Shown: in pieces, positions 13,275 to 26,888 of the stretch
How the letters are laid out: the number at the start of each line of letters is the position of its first letter
How positions within the stretch are numbered: position 1 is the first letter of the stretch
Assembly: GCA_964016885.1 (NCBI GenBank)
Contig: OZ024749.1
Coordinates: 35,712,001-35,776,000, forward strand
Reading direction: 5' to 3'
Origin: Eledone cirrhosa
Taxonomy: Eukaryota
DNA: 64,000 nucleotides
The notes under the pieces: model-generated
What the model was told of the DNA's origin: nothing
Seen by the model: the letters and a program-made list of their open reading frames with translations, nothing else
Databases searched by the model: none
Position numbers and translations under genes: made by a program

Positions 13275-14345
13275 ATCACTCTATCAAGCAGTGCAGATAT
13301 AGAATGCACCAGGGTATTTAGTCATCTGTCAAGTTGCAACAAGGACCTCAGACAGATAATACTTTCCTCAAAATGTGCACAGTACATTTTGCATAACACC
13401 CAACCTATATGGTATTCCCATTCGCTTTAAGATGTCTTAAAGTTTCAAAAGGGTTGACCCTAATGCCCCGATTACAACTGGTATCATTTTCACATTACCA
13501 TCTCACATCCTAATAGTCTTGCCAGCTCCACTTTCAATTCAAAGTACTTGAGGATTTTTTCAATCTCCTTACTCGCAATATTCATGTCATTTGGTATGGC
13601 CATGTTGATGATCTGACAGTATTTGTCTTTCTTGTTCAACACGACAATGTCTGGTCAGCAATGCTTAATTATACTATCAGTTTGAAAGTCATAACCCCCA
13701 GAATATCGTTGCTTTCCCATCATCCTGCACTATTTTACAAGCTCATACCAATTCTGTATGACTTAATATAGGTAATTACAACACAGAAGCCAATGAAGGT
13801 ATAGATACACTTTATCGTGGCAGCACTTATATTTTTTTTTGCACAAGGCTCTCACATCCACTTACCAGATGGGCACCATTTTCCACACTCTTTCCACAGA
13901 GCCTGTATTTCTGGGTGTCAGAGGTTTTATAGATGTAGTTCACCAAATTGGTAGTAAGTCTAAGGCCTTCTGTGGCACTTTTCAAATCACCTTGCTTTAA
14001 GCCATGTCTGTGATGTTGTTTTATCCTTGATATCCTTTGTATTTCTCTCAAAGTGACCATGCATTCACATTCCTAGAAGATCTTTTTTTTTTTCTTTTCT
14101 GCTCTTTGGTTAAGCTCTTCCATTCCAACCATTTCTATTGCATTTATACCCATATCTCCAGCTGCAAATTGCAACAACTCTTTGTCACTGTTTATAAAAT
14201 ATTCTGCAAGCATTCTCCTTTCATTCCTTATACAATGATGGTCTTTAGCTATCCTTGGAAACTCTTTGAAATAGTACCTAGTGCTCCCATGATGGTGGGG
14301 ACGATTTGGGATCTCATGACAGTCCCAAATCCTTTTCAGTTTCTA
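13275..14345 (-). pseudogene. Decayed non-LTR retrotransposon with restriction-like endonuclease (R4/Dong-like)
   Basis: Minus-strand motifs KQGDLKSATEGL, RLCGKSVENGAHLVSGC (CCHC-type), HDKV..LHW, DFQTD...PDIVV, KILKY..L, IPVVIGALG, HILRKVL*. Contains stops and frameshifts. A second IMGALGTI fragment lies at about 14240-14345. Confidence 0.8.
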
Positions 14346-14385
14346 CTTTAGATCCTGTTACTGGTTATTTTTCTCCTTCTCCTTT

Positions 14386-14436
14386 TCTTGTCTGATGACC
14401 CTGTGAGCCAGCAGGTGAGACTCCAGAGTAATATGA
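14386..14436 (+). ncRNA. Hammerhead-like motif with GAAA>GAGA mutation (probably inactive)
   Basis: tcttgt CTGATGA c-cctg..cagg-t GAGA ctc-ca-gag TA atatga. A related 3' half with intact GAAA (caggtgaaactccagagtaacag) is at about 24439-24461. Confidence 0.5.
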
Positions 14437-14465
14437 CTCACTATATAGCCTTAATAAAATGAATT

Positions 14466-14496
<31 letters not shown>

Positions 14497-14514
14497 ATAT
14501 ATATGCATGCATAC

Positions 14515-14591
<77 letters not shown>

Positions 14592-15081
14592 GTGTGTGTG
14601 AATGTATATATTTATTGTGGACATTAAATGGATGATGATAGTAGCTGATTTTCTGATGTGGAATAAATGTATTTTCTCTAAGATCAATGCAGATGACTAT
14701 TTTTATCCTTCTTTCTTTCTCTCTCTGTTATTCTGGTCATGATGAAGAAGTAGTGAACCGTGATTTGTTTTTCCCTCCATTTAGCCCTCTTTTACTAAAC
14801 TATCAGCCGACCATATTCACAACAGCAGTAGATATCAGATAACTGTATTAACTTACATGCCAAATTGCTTCACTAGCAAACGATGCAGAGATAGAGTTAT
14901 CTTTCCTTTGTCGTCATCTCACTTTGTTGATTACGAATTATCATTCTCTTTACATGGTGCTCTGCAAACATCCTGAAATGGCCTTTCGCTTGATTGGCAA
15001 AGATTTCGACAGAGAAATGCTTTTAACATAGTTTATTGGCATGCTGTCTTCTATCTCTCTAGTCTCTCTCTCCCTTCAACT

Positions 15082-15153
<72 letters not shown>

Positions 15154-15368
15154 TCTTTCTCTCTCACTTCTATCACTACTACAACAGGTCCTGACGTATC
15201 TGGCCCTGTAGTAAGTTTACTTGATCACTGAACCTGCTACAAATAGTAGTTAAATATACCTTGAATCACACACATCCCCTAGCATGTCTTAAAAAAAGTG
15301 AGTAGATAATGAAGTCCTAGATATATCATGCTTCAAAAAAATAAAAAGATAAGATTGTCAGGGCTGGT

Positions 15369-15435
15369 CTTTGTATCGTAGTGCAAGAGGTAATTCCAAA
15401 CTGCCTGGAATTACCTCTTGCACTACGATACAAAG
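15369..15435. repeat. Perfect 30-bp inverted repeat, 7-nt loop
   Basis: ctttgtatcgtagtgcaagaggtaattcca / tggaattacctcttgcactacgatacaaag. Confidence 0.95.
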
Positions 15436-15596
15436 CTATATATTTTAATGTGTTTATATCTACCTAAAAAGCTTCCATCATAATTTTATGTTAAAACTAT
15501 TATGTTCTAAATACTAGTTAAATAATGACAAAGTTAATTATACTACTAAATCTCTCCAAATTCTTGATTATTTTCAAAATGATATAAAAATCTGAG

Positions 15597-15922
15597 GCAG
15601 TGTCTTTCATCAGACATATGGTAATGAAAGGGTTAAAGACATAGACAGTGTTATTATTAGAAATATTGTGATGGAAAGGTTAAAGACATAAGCAGTGTCT
15701 TTCATTAGAAATATTGTGATGAAAAGGTTAAAGACATAAGCAGTGTCTTTCATTAGAAATATTGTGATGAAAGGGTTAAAGACATAAGCAGTGTCTTTCA
15801 TTAGAAATATTGTGATGAAAAGGTTAAATACATAGGCAGAGTCTTTCCTCAGAAATATTGTGATGAAAGGGTTAAAGACATAGGCAGTGTCTTTCATTAG
15901 AAATATGGTAATGAAAAGGGTA
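15597..15922. repeat. 48-bp minisatellite, ~6.5 copies
   Basis: Unit gcagtgtctttcattagaaatattgtgatgaaagggttaaagacataa; 16-aa periodicity in the ORF. Confidence 0.95.
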
Positions 15923-16289
15923 AATCTCTCTTGAATCACACTTTAGCATATCTTTAAAAAGGGAGCATACAATGAAGCCCAAGATACACCATGCTTCAAC
16001 AACAGCAAACAAGCAAACAAGCATTTAAGATTGTCACAGCTGGCATGTCTTTGATTCAGGGACATACTATTTGTAATGCTGAGCAGGCAGAAACCTAGGA
16101 GCCTGACATTTTTGTTATTGTTGTTATTGTACTGTGATGAAAGTGCCACAGAGAGCCTAAAATATTTGAAAACCTAGGTATAGTATACTGCTGTTAGATG
16201 CTTAGACACATGGTTTAGTAGAACAGTAGATATATGGAAAAGCATGGATCATCTGACTGATAAAATGACAAGTCAGTCAATCATATTGG

Positions 16290-16508
16290 TGGCCTCCCCC
16301 ACAACCCCGGCAGACAGAATAGAGACGGCATTTCCCCAGGGGATGGCAAGGGAGACACGCTGGAAAAGCCATTCCAACTCGCAGGCTCACACCTGTGGTT
16401 GCCCAGCTCAGTGCCTATGGTGGTGAGTAGGGAGGTAGCCCTAGGGCCGAGGACACCAGAAGTCTCCACTGCCAAGGGTACAACCGCAAACCTGTCGGAG
16501 AGCGACTG
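16290..16508 (-). mobile_element. C-terminal RLE fragment of a CRE-like non-LTR retrotransposon
   Basis: FAVVPLAVETSGVLGPRATSLLTTIG...; homologous to the 44070-44417 copy. Confidence 0.7.
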
Positions 16509-17047
16509 GTGCAGCAGAATCCTGGCCCAGATTTGATCATAGGTCAGTTGTTTGAAGGCTGCTCTGGGACTAATAAACCAGGAAAACATCATATCATGAG
16601 ATGTACCTGGTCAATGAGGACACTGATATAGGGGTGGGGGATGAGGAAGAGAGAGAGAGACAGAGACAGACAGACAACAGTTCTCATCTGTGATATAGTA
16701 CCAATAACTAAATTGTATATCTGACTGAGATAATCTAGTTAGCAGTAAATTAATTAATTAACAGATAGCTTCCTTGTAATTAATTTTTCTCAGCATTCCT
16801 TTGAAAGCTACAATCTCGATCATAATTATTTTGTTGCCATCTAAATTTAACCATTTCCCCAGACAGTCAAAGATTTCTAAAATTATACATAACTATTTGA
16901 AATGATGATGATGTTAATGATGATGGTTTTTACTTGCCACAAGGACCCAAGATATTGGGAACAACATAGGAGAACAACAAAATACAGTGAAGGATTTACA
17001 TTGTGTAAAAAGGATGGATTCATCAATAAAAGTAGGAACATATTATC

Positions 17048-17680
17048 TTGGCAGTATTGGTAGAGGGTCAGATGCCATACTTTGCAGCATAGAGTTACGG
17101 CCCTTTAAGATCTGAGTTCAAATCCTGCTGAGGTTAACTTTGCCTTTCATCCTTACGGGTTCGATAAAATAAAGTACCGGTAATGCACTGGGATAATTGC
17201 TGGCCTTGTGCCAAAGGTAGAAACAATTATCAGCAGTAGCAGCATATAAAACATATAAAATATCATATTGATCTTTAATACTTGGTGGTTGTTTCTAATA
17301 AATGATGGAATTTCCTCAGGGTCAGCTACTAAATAATTGTTCCTACTTTTGGCATAAGGCCAGCAATTACCCAATGCATTACTGGTACTTTATTCTATCG
17401 ACCCCGGAAGGATGAAAGGCAAAGTTAACCTCGGCGGGATTTGAACTCAGATCATACAGGGCGGTAACTCTATGCTACTAAATAATGGTTTCTACTAAGG
17501 GCACAAGGCCAACAATTTCGGGGGGAAGAGTAAAGTCAATTAAATCAACCCCAGTGTATTACTGGTGCTTTATTTTATCGACCTTGTAAAAATGAAAAGC
17601 AAAGCTAACCTCAGCGGGATTTGAACTCAGACCGTAAAGAGCCATAACTCTATGCAGCAAAGCGTTGTGTCCGATGCTGG
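17048..17680. mobile_element. Cluster of three family A SINEs (+ about 17048-17230; - about 17330-17480; - about 17483-17680)
   Basis: Match to the family A consensus. Confidence 0.8.
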
Positions 17681-19547
17681 TAAAGGAAATGAAATGATCC
17701 AACAGGATGACAGCCACCACAACACTACAGGTTTATCAGGGAACTCAACAGATCCCAGAGTATTCTCACTGGCAAGGACTGGTGTGGGAGCAAGTGTCCT
17801 TTCCCAGCCATTCCACTAGAACTCATCGTGGAAACTGCAGAAGGTGTTATATCCACCACAATTCCATGATTATTAACTTGCAGTTCTGACTATTAGTCTC
17901 CCGAGTCAATATATCAGTGGTGGGGGAAATATTCAATAACCAATTGCAGGAAAATATAGTAGAGGAAGGACGAAGGTAAAGAAAGAAGGAACGGGAAAGA
18001 TGGAGGGAGGGAGACAAAGAAAGAAAGAGAGAGAGGGATAGAGAGGGTAGGTAGGTAGACAGGAATAAAACATGAATATTGGATTAATATATTTTATAAA
18101 TCAAATACAATATATCGATAGGTTGACAAATGTCCGCTGTAGGTTTTATAGTCTTCTCAATCTCTTTCTCTTTCTCTCTTTCTGTGGAATATGACAAATA
18201 CAGTCAGAATCAATACAACAAGTTCGATGGATAATTCAATCAGAGAACTGCATATTAATACACACAGACATACACACGCATATTAATACACAGACATACA
18301 CACACACATTGACGTTAACACACATAGGCGTTAACATACATACACACACATATTCACACACTTTAACACACATACATTGATGTTAACATACATAGGCGTT
18401 AACATACATACACACACATATTCACACACTTTAACACACACACATTGATGTTAACATACATACACACACATATTCACACACTTTAACACACACATTGATT
18501 TTAACATATATACACACACATATTCACACACTTTAACACAGACACAGGCATAAACTGACTTAACATGCTTACACACACACAGATAGACGTTAACATACAT
18601 ACACATACATATTCACTCGCTAACACACATACACAGACATAAACTGACTTAACATGCTCACACACACACATACATTAACACACTCAAACACACACACTCA
18701 GATATTAACACACTCACACAGACACACACACAGACATTAATACACACAAACTCAGTCAGATATTAACATGCTCATACACTGACACATACACTCACACACA
18801 TGCAAAGACACATATCTAGACACATATACACTTACACACACAGAGACTGACAATGACACACTCACATACATACAAAACACAGATTGACTCTCTCCCATAC
18901 ATACACACTCACATACACAGAATGACAAAGAGATAAGCATAAAGAGAAACATACAGACATGCATGAATACACAAAGACACACAGACTGACTCTCTCCCAT
19001 ACACACACACACACATGTACACCCCCATATACACATAAATACATGTGAGATTCCTATACCAACACATCATGAATGCTAACTCAGTTCATTCGAAGAATGT
19101 TAGAATAGGACAAAGGTGTTATTTAGATGGGTGGAAAAAATGAGAGCAACAATTGGAAATAATAACCAAAATGTTTGGCATCGAGACAATAGAAAATTGG
19201 TTAACACTTCTATTGTGACTGATATTTTCTGTGAGACATTGTTGCTGAATATTAAAGTAATAACAATATGTTTAGAGATAGTTAGGGAGTAAGACATTTT
19301 CTCTGATATATTCAATATAAACCCATTGGTTATAGAATAAACAGTTTAACTCTTTAACATCATATGATGATTTAGCAGAAAATATCTAAAAGCTGGTTTG
19401 TCAATTCAAATGTTTATATTATCTTTATTAATGGACTTTAATTTCAATGTGATGTAGTCACAGTACTCATTTGTTTCTTCAATAATGTCTTGTTAATGTG
19501 GGTTCATATGGTATAATTCTAAAAGTTAATATCATAGAAACAGGGGC

Positions 19548-19758
19548 TTTTAAACTGGCTGTATCTGGCCAGAATTCTCTCACCTCTTTCTGTTCAAACT
19601 GGCCCCAACCAGCCACTCGTACTGATGTTAAGGTATTTTTCTCAAAACAAATAACATCAAAATCTCATAGATTTGATATTATGTAAGATATTATGTGAGC
19701 TAAACCCTTTACTGTGAAAATACAATAATAAATATAGAGTAATGTGAATGCTAAAGGG
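19548..19758 (-). mobile_element. piggyBac-type MITE copy
   Basis: Reverse-orientation homolog of 35041-35248, ending aatgctaaaggg. Confidence 0.7.
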
Positions 19759-19817
19759 TTAGGGCAATTTGGAATCAAAAAGGATTAGAATAATAACAAT
19801 AGGTTTATAGACAGTAA

Positions 19818-20038
19818 CCCTTTAGCATTTACATTACTCTATATTTATTATTATATTTTAACAGTAAAGGCTTTACCTCATATAATTATTTCACATAGTA
19901 TCGACTCTATGAGATTTTGATAATATTTATTTTGAGAACAATACCTTAGAGTCAGTATGAGGGGCCAGATATGGCAGGTTTGAACAGAAATAGGTGAAAG
20001 AATTCTGGCGGTATACAGCCGTTTTAAATGCTAAAGGG
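19818..20038 (+). mobile_element. piggyBac-type MITE copy
   Basis: TIRs ccctttagcattta / taaatgctaaaggg; flanks gtaa and ttaa. Confidence 0.8.
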
Positions 20039-20519
20039 TTAAAGGATTGTGGCTGACATTTTCTGTGGCATATGGTTGAATATAAATCCTTTCATTATCA
20101 TATTACATTCATATTATCATATTATCATATTAATATTATCATATTAAAATAAAGTACCAGTAATGCACTGGGTAATTGCTGGCCTTGTGCCAAAAGTAGA
20201 AACAATTATCATATTACTTTCTAATGAAAGACACTGAATATAAATTCCAAATTATTTTATAAATAATCAAGACTTTGGAAGAATTTAGTAATGTAACATT
20301 CTCATCATCATCGTTTTACACCCATTTTACCTGCTGGCAAGGGTTTTGAGTTTAAATCTCTTTGAGGTAAATTTTTCCTTTCACCCTTCTGGGGTTTCAT
20401 CAAATAAAATGTCAATCAAGTACTGGAGTTATTTTAACCAACTTTCTCTTTCCCCCCTCATCAAAATTACTGGCCTTGTGTTTAAATGAGAAACCATTGG
20501 TATCATTATTATTATTGTA

Positions 20520-20852
20520 CAAATCCCGCCGAGCTTAACTTTGCCTTTCATCCTTACGGGGGTCGATAAAATAAAGTACCAGTAATGCACTGGGTAATTA
20601 CTGGCCTTGTGCCAAAAGTAGAAACAATTATTATTGTACATGGTGGAATGGCAGTATCGGTAGAGGGTCGGACGCCATGCTTTCCAGCATAGAGTTATGG
20701 CCCTTTACGTTCTGTGTTCAAATCCCGCTGAGGTTAGCTTTGCCTTTCATCCTTACGGGGTCAATAAAATAAACTACCAGAAATTGCACTGGGGTTGATT
20801 TAATTGACTTATCCTACCCCCAAATTGCTGGCCTTGAACCTATGTTAGAAAT
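20520..20852 (+). mobile_element. Family A SINEs (5'-truncated copy 20520-20632; full copy about 20642-20852)
   Basis: Match to the family A consensus. Confidence 0.8.
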
Positions 20853-21086
20853 TACTACTACTACTACTACTACTACTGTTGTTGTTGTTATAAGTAGTAT
20901 TATTATAAATAATTAATACTCTTATTATTGTTATTTTTCTCTCTGGTTTCTATATACACCCACCTGACACCTACATGTTGTAACCTGGTTTTTTAATGTC
21001 CTCTTGATCCAATGATTTGGCAGCAGCTATTATTATTATTATTATCAGCATTATTGTTATTGTTGGCTATTGATTCTCTCTGTGTG

Positions 21087-21142
<56 letters not shown>

Positions 21143-21250
21143 AATATGTGTATATGTATATATTTGTATATATATATATATATATTTGTATATGTATATA
21201 TATATATATTTGTATATGTATATATATATTTATATATATATGTATATATA

Positions 21251-21291
<41 letters not shown>

Positions 21292-21498
21292 TTGTATATG
21301 TATATATATATGTATATATATATTTATATACATATATATACATATATATATATATGTATATATTTGTATATGTATATATATATGTATATTTGTATATATC
21401 ATCATCATCATTTTACGTCCGCTTTTCCTTGCTTGCCTTGCAAGGGTGGGACGGGAACTTTAAGGAGTGCGATTTCATTTGCAGTTTCATCTACATTA

Positions 21499-21559
<61 letters not shown>

Positions 21560-21598
21560 ATTTATGAATATTTGCATATATATATTTATGTAAATATT

Positions 21599-21639
<41 letters not shown>

Positions 21640-21678
21640 ATTTATGAATATTTGCATATATATATTTATGTAAATATT

Positions 21679-21725
<47 letters not shown>

Positions 21726-23648
21726 CAAAGAAATAAAATAAGGAGCAGCTAATATAGTTTGTCACAACAATGGCTAGTTTTGATCCACTGGAGAGTGCAA
21801 TGTAGACCGGATGGAAAGAGAAATCAATTTCCTCTTGACATTTTTGATATAGCCAATATCTCTGATTGACTATGTGACTTTTCTTCCCTTAAATGTATCC
21901 TCACACATACACATTCACACACACACGCACACGCATGCATGCACATATATATTATCAACACCGTTTAATGTCTATTTTCCATGCTTTGCATGGGGTAGAC
22001 AGGATGTCATGTTATGAGTCTTAAGTCATATGACCACAACTTGCTCATATGTTCCATGTTTGGCTTGGTTTTCTACTGATGGATGCTCTTCCTAATGGTA
22101 AATACCTTACATGGTGGACCAGGAGCTTTTATCATGACACTAGCATGACCCTCTTACAGGATATATATATATATGATAGCACATGTGGATTAGAATAGGG
22201 TGGTGATTGAAAAATATGAAAATAGAATTAGAAGCTTTCATTGTATATTAACTACAGAAAATTGGGGCATATGAACCCCCATATGGGATGCTAATGCCCA
22301 TTTATTTTCTTTATGGGGGTTCATATGACACAACAAAAAGTGGTCAGATAGGTATTACAAAAAAAAGCACCCAGTACACACTGTAAATGTGGTTGATGTT
22401 AGGAAAGGCATCCAGCCGTAGAAACCAAGCCAAAATCAGCCTTGTATGAGCAAGATATGGTCATCTGACCTGGCTTGTCTCACAACAAGACAACTCATCT
22501 AACCCATGCTAGTGTGTAAAAATGGACATTAAATGGATACATATATATATATAGCAAAGCTGCACACAAAAAAGAAAGATGAAATACAAAGGACAAATGA
22601 ACAAAAGCATCTATCTTCTTCATCACCAACCCCTTTGGTCAATTCTTATACATAAGGGTGATATTGCATAATGCCATCCTTATGAAATGTTATGTAGTAC
22701 TATAGTTTACGATAGTATTATATATTACTTTACAGTCTTTGACAGTGTTTTGTAGAGTGTTGTTCTATGCAGTATTGTAGAGTATTGTAAGATGTTCTGT
22801 AGTGTTTGTGGCAATGTTATAGATTGATGAGATAAGTCTTAGGTTCACAGATATGTAGGTTTGGTAAATGCAGAGAGATGGGCTGGGAGTAAAGATGAGA
22901 GATTGATAGAGAGAGATACAGTGACTGATATAAAGAAACAGAGAGATAGAGGATGAGAGAATTAGTGGGGAAAGATGATGTTGACCGATATAAAAAGAGA
23001 TAAAGAGAAAAAGAGATAAAAGAAAACAGAGAGATAGAAAGATATGTGGATATAAGATGGTGACAGATATGAAGAAAGAAATAGATAGAGAGAGAGAAAT
23101 GATGGCTGATACATAGAGATAAAGATGTATATAGATGTATTAGCAGATAGATAAAGGGGGAGAAGGAGGAGATATATTTATGCGTAATGTAGATGAAACT
23201 GCAAATGAAATCGCACTCCTTAAAGTCAGTCAATCAATATGAAAATGGCATGAAAGTGCAATTCTATTAGAGAGGAGCAGGGAGAGGAGAGGAGTTGAGT
23301 AGGTGGTGGAGAGGGTGGAAGGGGCATCATCAATTGTTTAATTGGTACTACAGACGATACATGCATACAAACATATATATACCCACAGGTACCATTCCAT
23401 ATAAATATATACATACATATATATATGTATATATACATCCATATATATATATTTATATATATATATATACATACATTGCATATATAAATACATGTATATA
23501 TATATATAAACATATATATATATACATATACATACACATATATATCATTATCATCGTTTTTACGTCAATTTTTCCGCACTCGCATATACATACACACACA
23601 CATATATATATGTACATACATATATATATTTATATACATATACAAAGG

Positions 23649-23998
23649 GGAGGCACATGGCTTAGTGGTTAGAGCATTGGCCTTGCAATCGAAAGGTTGT
23701 GAGTTCAATTCTCAGACCGGGTGATGTGTTGTGTTGTTTCCTTGAGCAAGACACTTTATTTCACATTGCTCCAGTTTACTCAGCTGTAGAAATGAGATGA
23801 TAGGGACTGGGGTCCCTATCATTCCACTGTAAAGTGGTCGTGGAGGTGCCATGGCAAAAAAGCACCCAGCACTCACTGTAAATGAGGTTGGTGTTAGGAA
23901 GGGCATCCAGCTGTAGAAATCAAGCCAGAATCAGTTCCTGTCCCACCCTTGCAAGCAGGGAAAAGCGGACGTAAAATGATGATGATGATGATGATGAT
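23649..23998 (+). mobile_element. tRNA-derived SINE, family B (full length), with RTE-like 3' tail ending (GAT)n
   Basis: tRNA-like head ggaggcacatggcttagtggttagagc...gagttcaattc, internal hairpin tgatagggac-tggg-gtccctatca, tail ...gcggacgtaaaatgatgat. Short flanking repeat atacaaa. Confidence 0.9.
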
Positions 23999-24903
23999 AC
24001 AAACTCTCTTATCTCTCATACATGCATGAAGTTATTTGATTACACGAGAAGGGAGCAGATTAAATTTTAGGCTTGTTTTAGTTTTATCTTTTTTATTATT
24101 ATTATTTTTTTAATGAGTTCTTTGAAAAGGTAGAGTTTCTAAATTCTTCGTCAACATATCTAGATCTTCACAATCTCATCTTCAAGATGGAGTGATGTTT
24201 GGTGTGTGTTGGTTGCTGTCTCTTTAGAGAGGCAAGGCCAATGTGATTGGAGAAGACATTAACGAGAGACCCAGGCATAGCTGTGTGGTTAAGGAGTTCT
24301 TTTCATAGCCACACAGTTCTAGGTTAAGTCTCATTGTGTGATATCTTTGACAAATGTATTCTACTATAGCTTCAGATGGACCAATATCTTATGAGTGGGA
24401 CTTGATAGATGGAAACTGAAAAAGTCACTGTAAATATACAGGTGAAACTCCAGAGTAACAGAACTCTAGCTTGGCTTGAGTAAAGAAAATGTTATTCCCT
24501 ACTAGAACAATGAATTAGCAGATTTGTTAGAACATTGAATAGCATGCTTTGCGATATTCACTGCAGCTTTCTGCACTCTGAATTCAAATCCCACCAAGGG
24601 TCATCTTTACCTTTCATCATTTCGAGGTCGATAAAAAAATTAACAGTCCAGTACTGGGATTGATTCTTCTTCTATAAATCTCTCTCACTCCCTCTCTGTC
24701 AGTCTCTCTCCTTCTCAGGAAGAAGTTGGCCGTGCTCAAACTAGAGAAGAAATGAGCTTCGCCAAGTTTAGAAATATCCAAGACACACTATGCATCATTA
24801 CAGCACCGTTACAACTCCATCTGGAGTTGTGGGTCCCTACATACATATATAATATTTTCTGTGGTATTGAGTACTCATTCTCATAACTGTCAATATATTA
24901 AGC

Positions 24904-24961
<58 letters not shown>

Positions 24962-24973
24962 CTGTATATATAT

Positions 24974-25069
24974 AATCGCTGCTTTCACCCTTAACAGGAT
25001 CTACAGAAGATCCCGTTAAGGGTGAAAGCAGCGATTCTTTGCTTAAACTTTAATCTGTTATTTTAATAA

Positions 25070-25075
<6 letters not shown>
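24974..25075 (+). mobile_element. Fold-back remnant (29-bp arms, 24974-25036) of the 7200-7580 family
   Basis: aatcgctgctttcacccttaacaggatct / agatcccgttaagggtgaaagcagcgatt; lies in (TA)n. Confidence 0.7.
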
Positions 25076-25109
<34 letters not shown>

Positions 25110-25112
<3 letters not shown>

Positions 25113-25300
25113 GGAAAAAGTATGACCCCGACGGCAGAGCTCAAGCCGTTTCGACAGTTATTTCTGGACTAGAAATAGCTGTCGAAACGGCTTGAGCTCT
25201 CTCATCGGGGTCATACTTTTTCCTATTTCCCACTCTACTACCCTAAGTATTGAGTACTCTGGTGCGTTATGGTCCATCTGGTTCCTTACCACAATTCCTT

Positions 25301-25308
<8 letters not shown>
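25110..25308 (+). mobile_element. Fold-back element (arms spanning 25110-25226) plus tail in (TA)n; probable PLE remnant
   Basis: ~56-bp inverted arms; tail homologous to 34231-34310. Confidence 0.75.
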
Positions 25309-25360
<52 letters not shown>

Positions 25361-25769
25361 ATATAGGTTGATAGATTGATAGTAAGATGATAAGGGAAAT
25401 GGATGTTAAATATTGGTGGTGATGATCTGAAGCTATTCCCTGACTCTTTTGCACCATCATTTCATTTTCAACCAATTTTATTATTGCAATTGTTGTTGCC
25501 CCCCCCCCCCCCCCCCCGCCACCACCATCACCACCACCACCACCACCACCACCACCACCACCACCACCACCACCAATATATTCCTGCTCCCTATCTTGTT
25601 CATTTCACTATAATTGTCTGGAAGAATTCTTTGTAGTTGGGAATATTGGTTTTATCATAAGTCAATGTGGTGTGGTGTGGTGGTGGAGGTAAGAATTCTT
25701 TACTGGTGGGGGATGGGGGTAAAACTACCTCACCACCACCACCACCACCATCACCATCCACAGCACACT

Positions 25770-26175
25770 GTTTTTCCTCTCCCCACTACTCCAATGCTAT
25801 CCCCCCCCCACCCACTCCAACGTCCACAACACTGTTTTTCCTCTCCCCACTTCTCCATCCACCCCCTCTTCACCACCATCACAACACTGTTTCTTCTCTC
25901 CCCACTACTCCACCCCCACCCCCTCCTCACCGCCACCCCCACAACACTGTTTCTCCTCTCCCCACTACTCCACCACCCCCTCCTCACCGCCACCCCCACA
26001 ACACTATTTCTCCTCTCCCCACTACTCCACCACCCCCTCCTCATCACCGCCACCCCCACAACACTGTTTCTCCTCTCCCCACTACTCCACCCCCACCCCC
26101 TCCTCACCGCCACCCCCACAACACTGTTTCTCCTCTCCCCACTACTCCACCACCCCCTCCTCACCGCCACCCCAC
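25770..26175. repeat. C-rich ~57-60-bp minisatellite
   Basis: Repeating acaacactgtttctcctctccccactactccac... Confidence 0.9.
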
Positions 26176-26729
26176 TCTACTAAACACTGAGAAAAGAACA
26201 AGATTAAATCGATTTTCTTTGAAATAACAAAGTTTGTTTTAGGGTTAAAAAAAATCATTTTTGCTTCTTGTTGTTGTTGTTGTTGTTGTCTTTCATTGTC
26301 TTATTTAATTTTGTTGTTGTTGTTGTTATTTTCTGTAAATCACTTCCAAAATGAACCCTGAGCAAAACCAACAACAACAACAATAACAACAACAACAACA
26401 AAAATAATGATAAAAATATCAACAATAACAATGATAACAATAACAACAAGAAGCCAATAGTAACAATTTCAACAATTACAATTACAACTACAACAACAAT
26501 AATGATAAAAATATCAACAACAATAACAACAACAATGATAAAAGGCCAATAGTAGCAATTACAACAACTACAGTTACTACAACAACAACAACAATTACAT
26601 CAGTAATAACACTAACAAACAAGTACAACTACAGTTACAACTGCATTAACTATAACAACAACAGCAGCACTATTATTATTACCACCACCATCACTCTAGT
26701 ACTGTCACTACCAGCAGCACCACCACTGA

Positions 26730-26783
<54 letters not shown>

Positions 26784-26888
26784 CATGATCACCACCACTA
26801 CTACCACTACTACAACCACTACTACTACTACTACTACCACCATGATCACCACCAGCAACAGCAACAGCATCTTACATCTCCAAGAATT

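Noticed and set aside
22268-22327. 16-bp inverted repeat as a MITE
   Set aside because: Too short, no clear TSD and no second copy in the window.
23649-23725. tRNA gene
   Set aside because: It is the head of a multi-copy SINE, with no proper acceptor stem or terminator.
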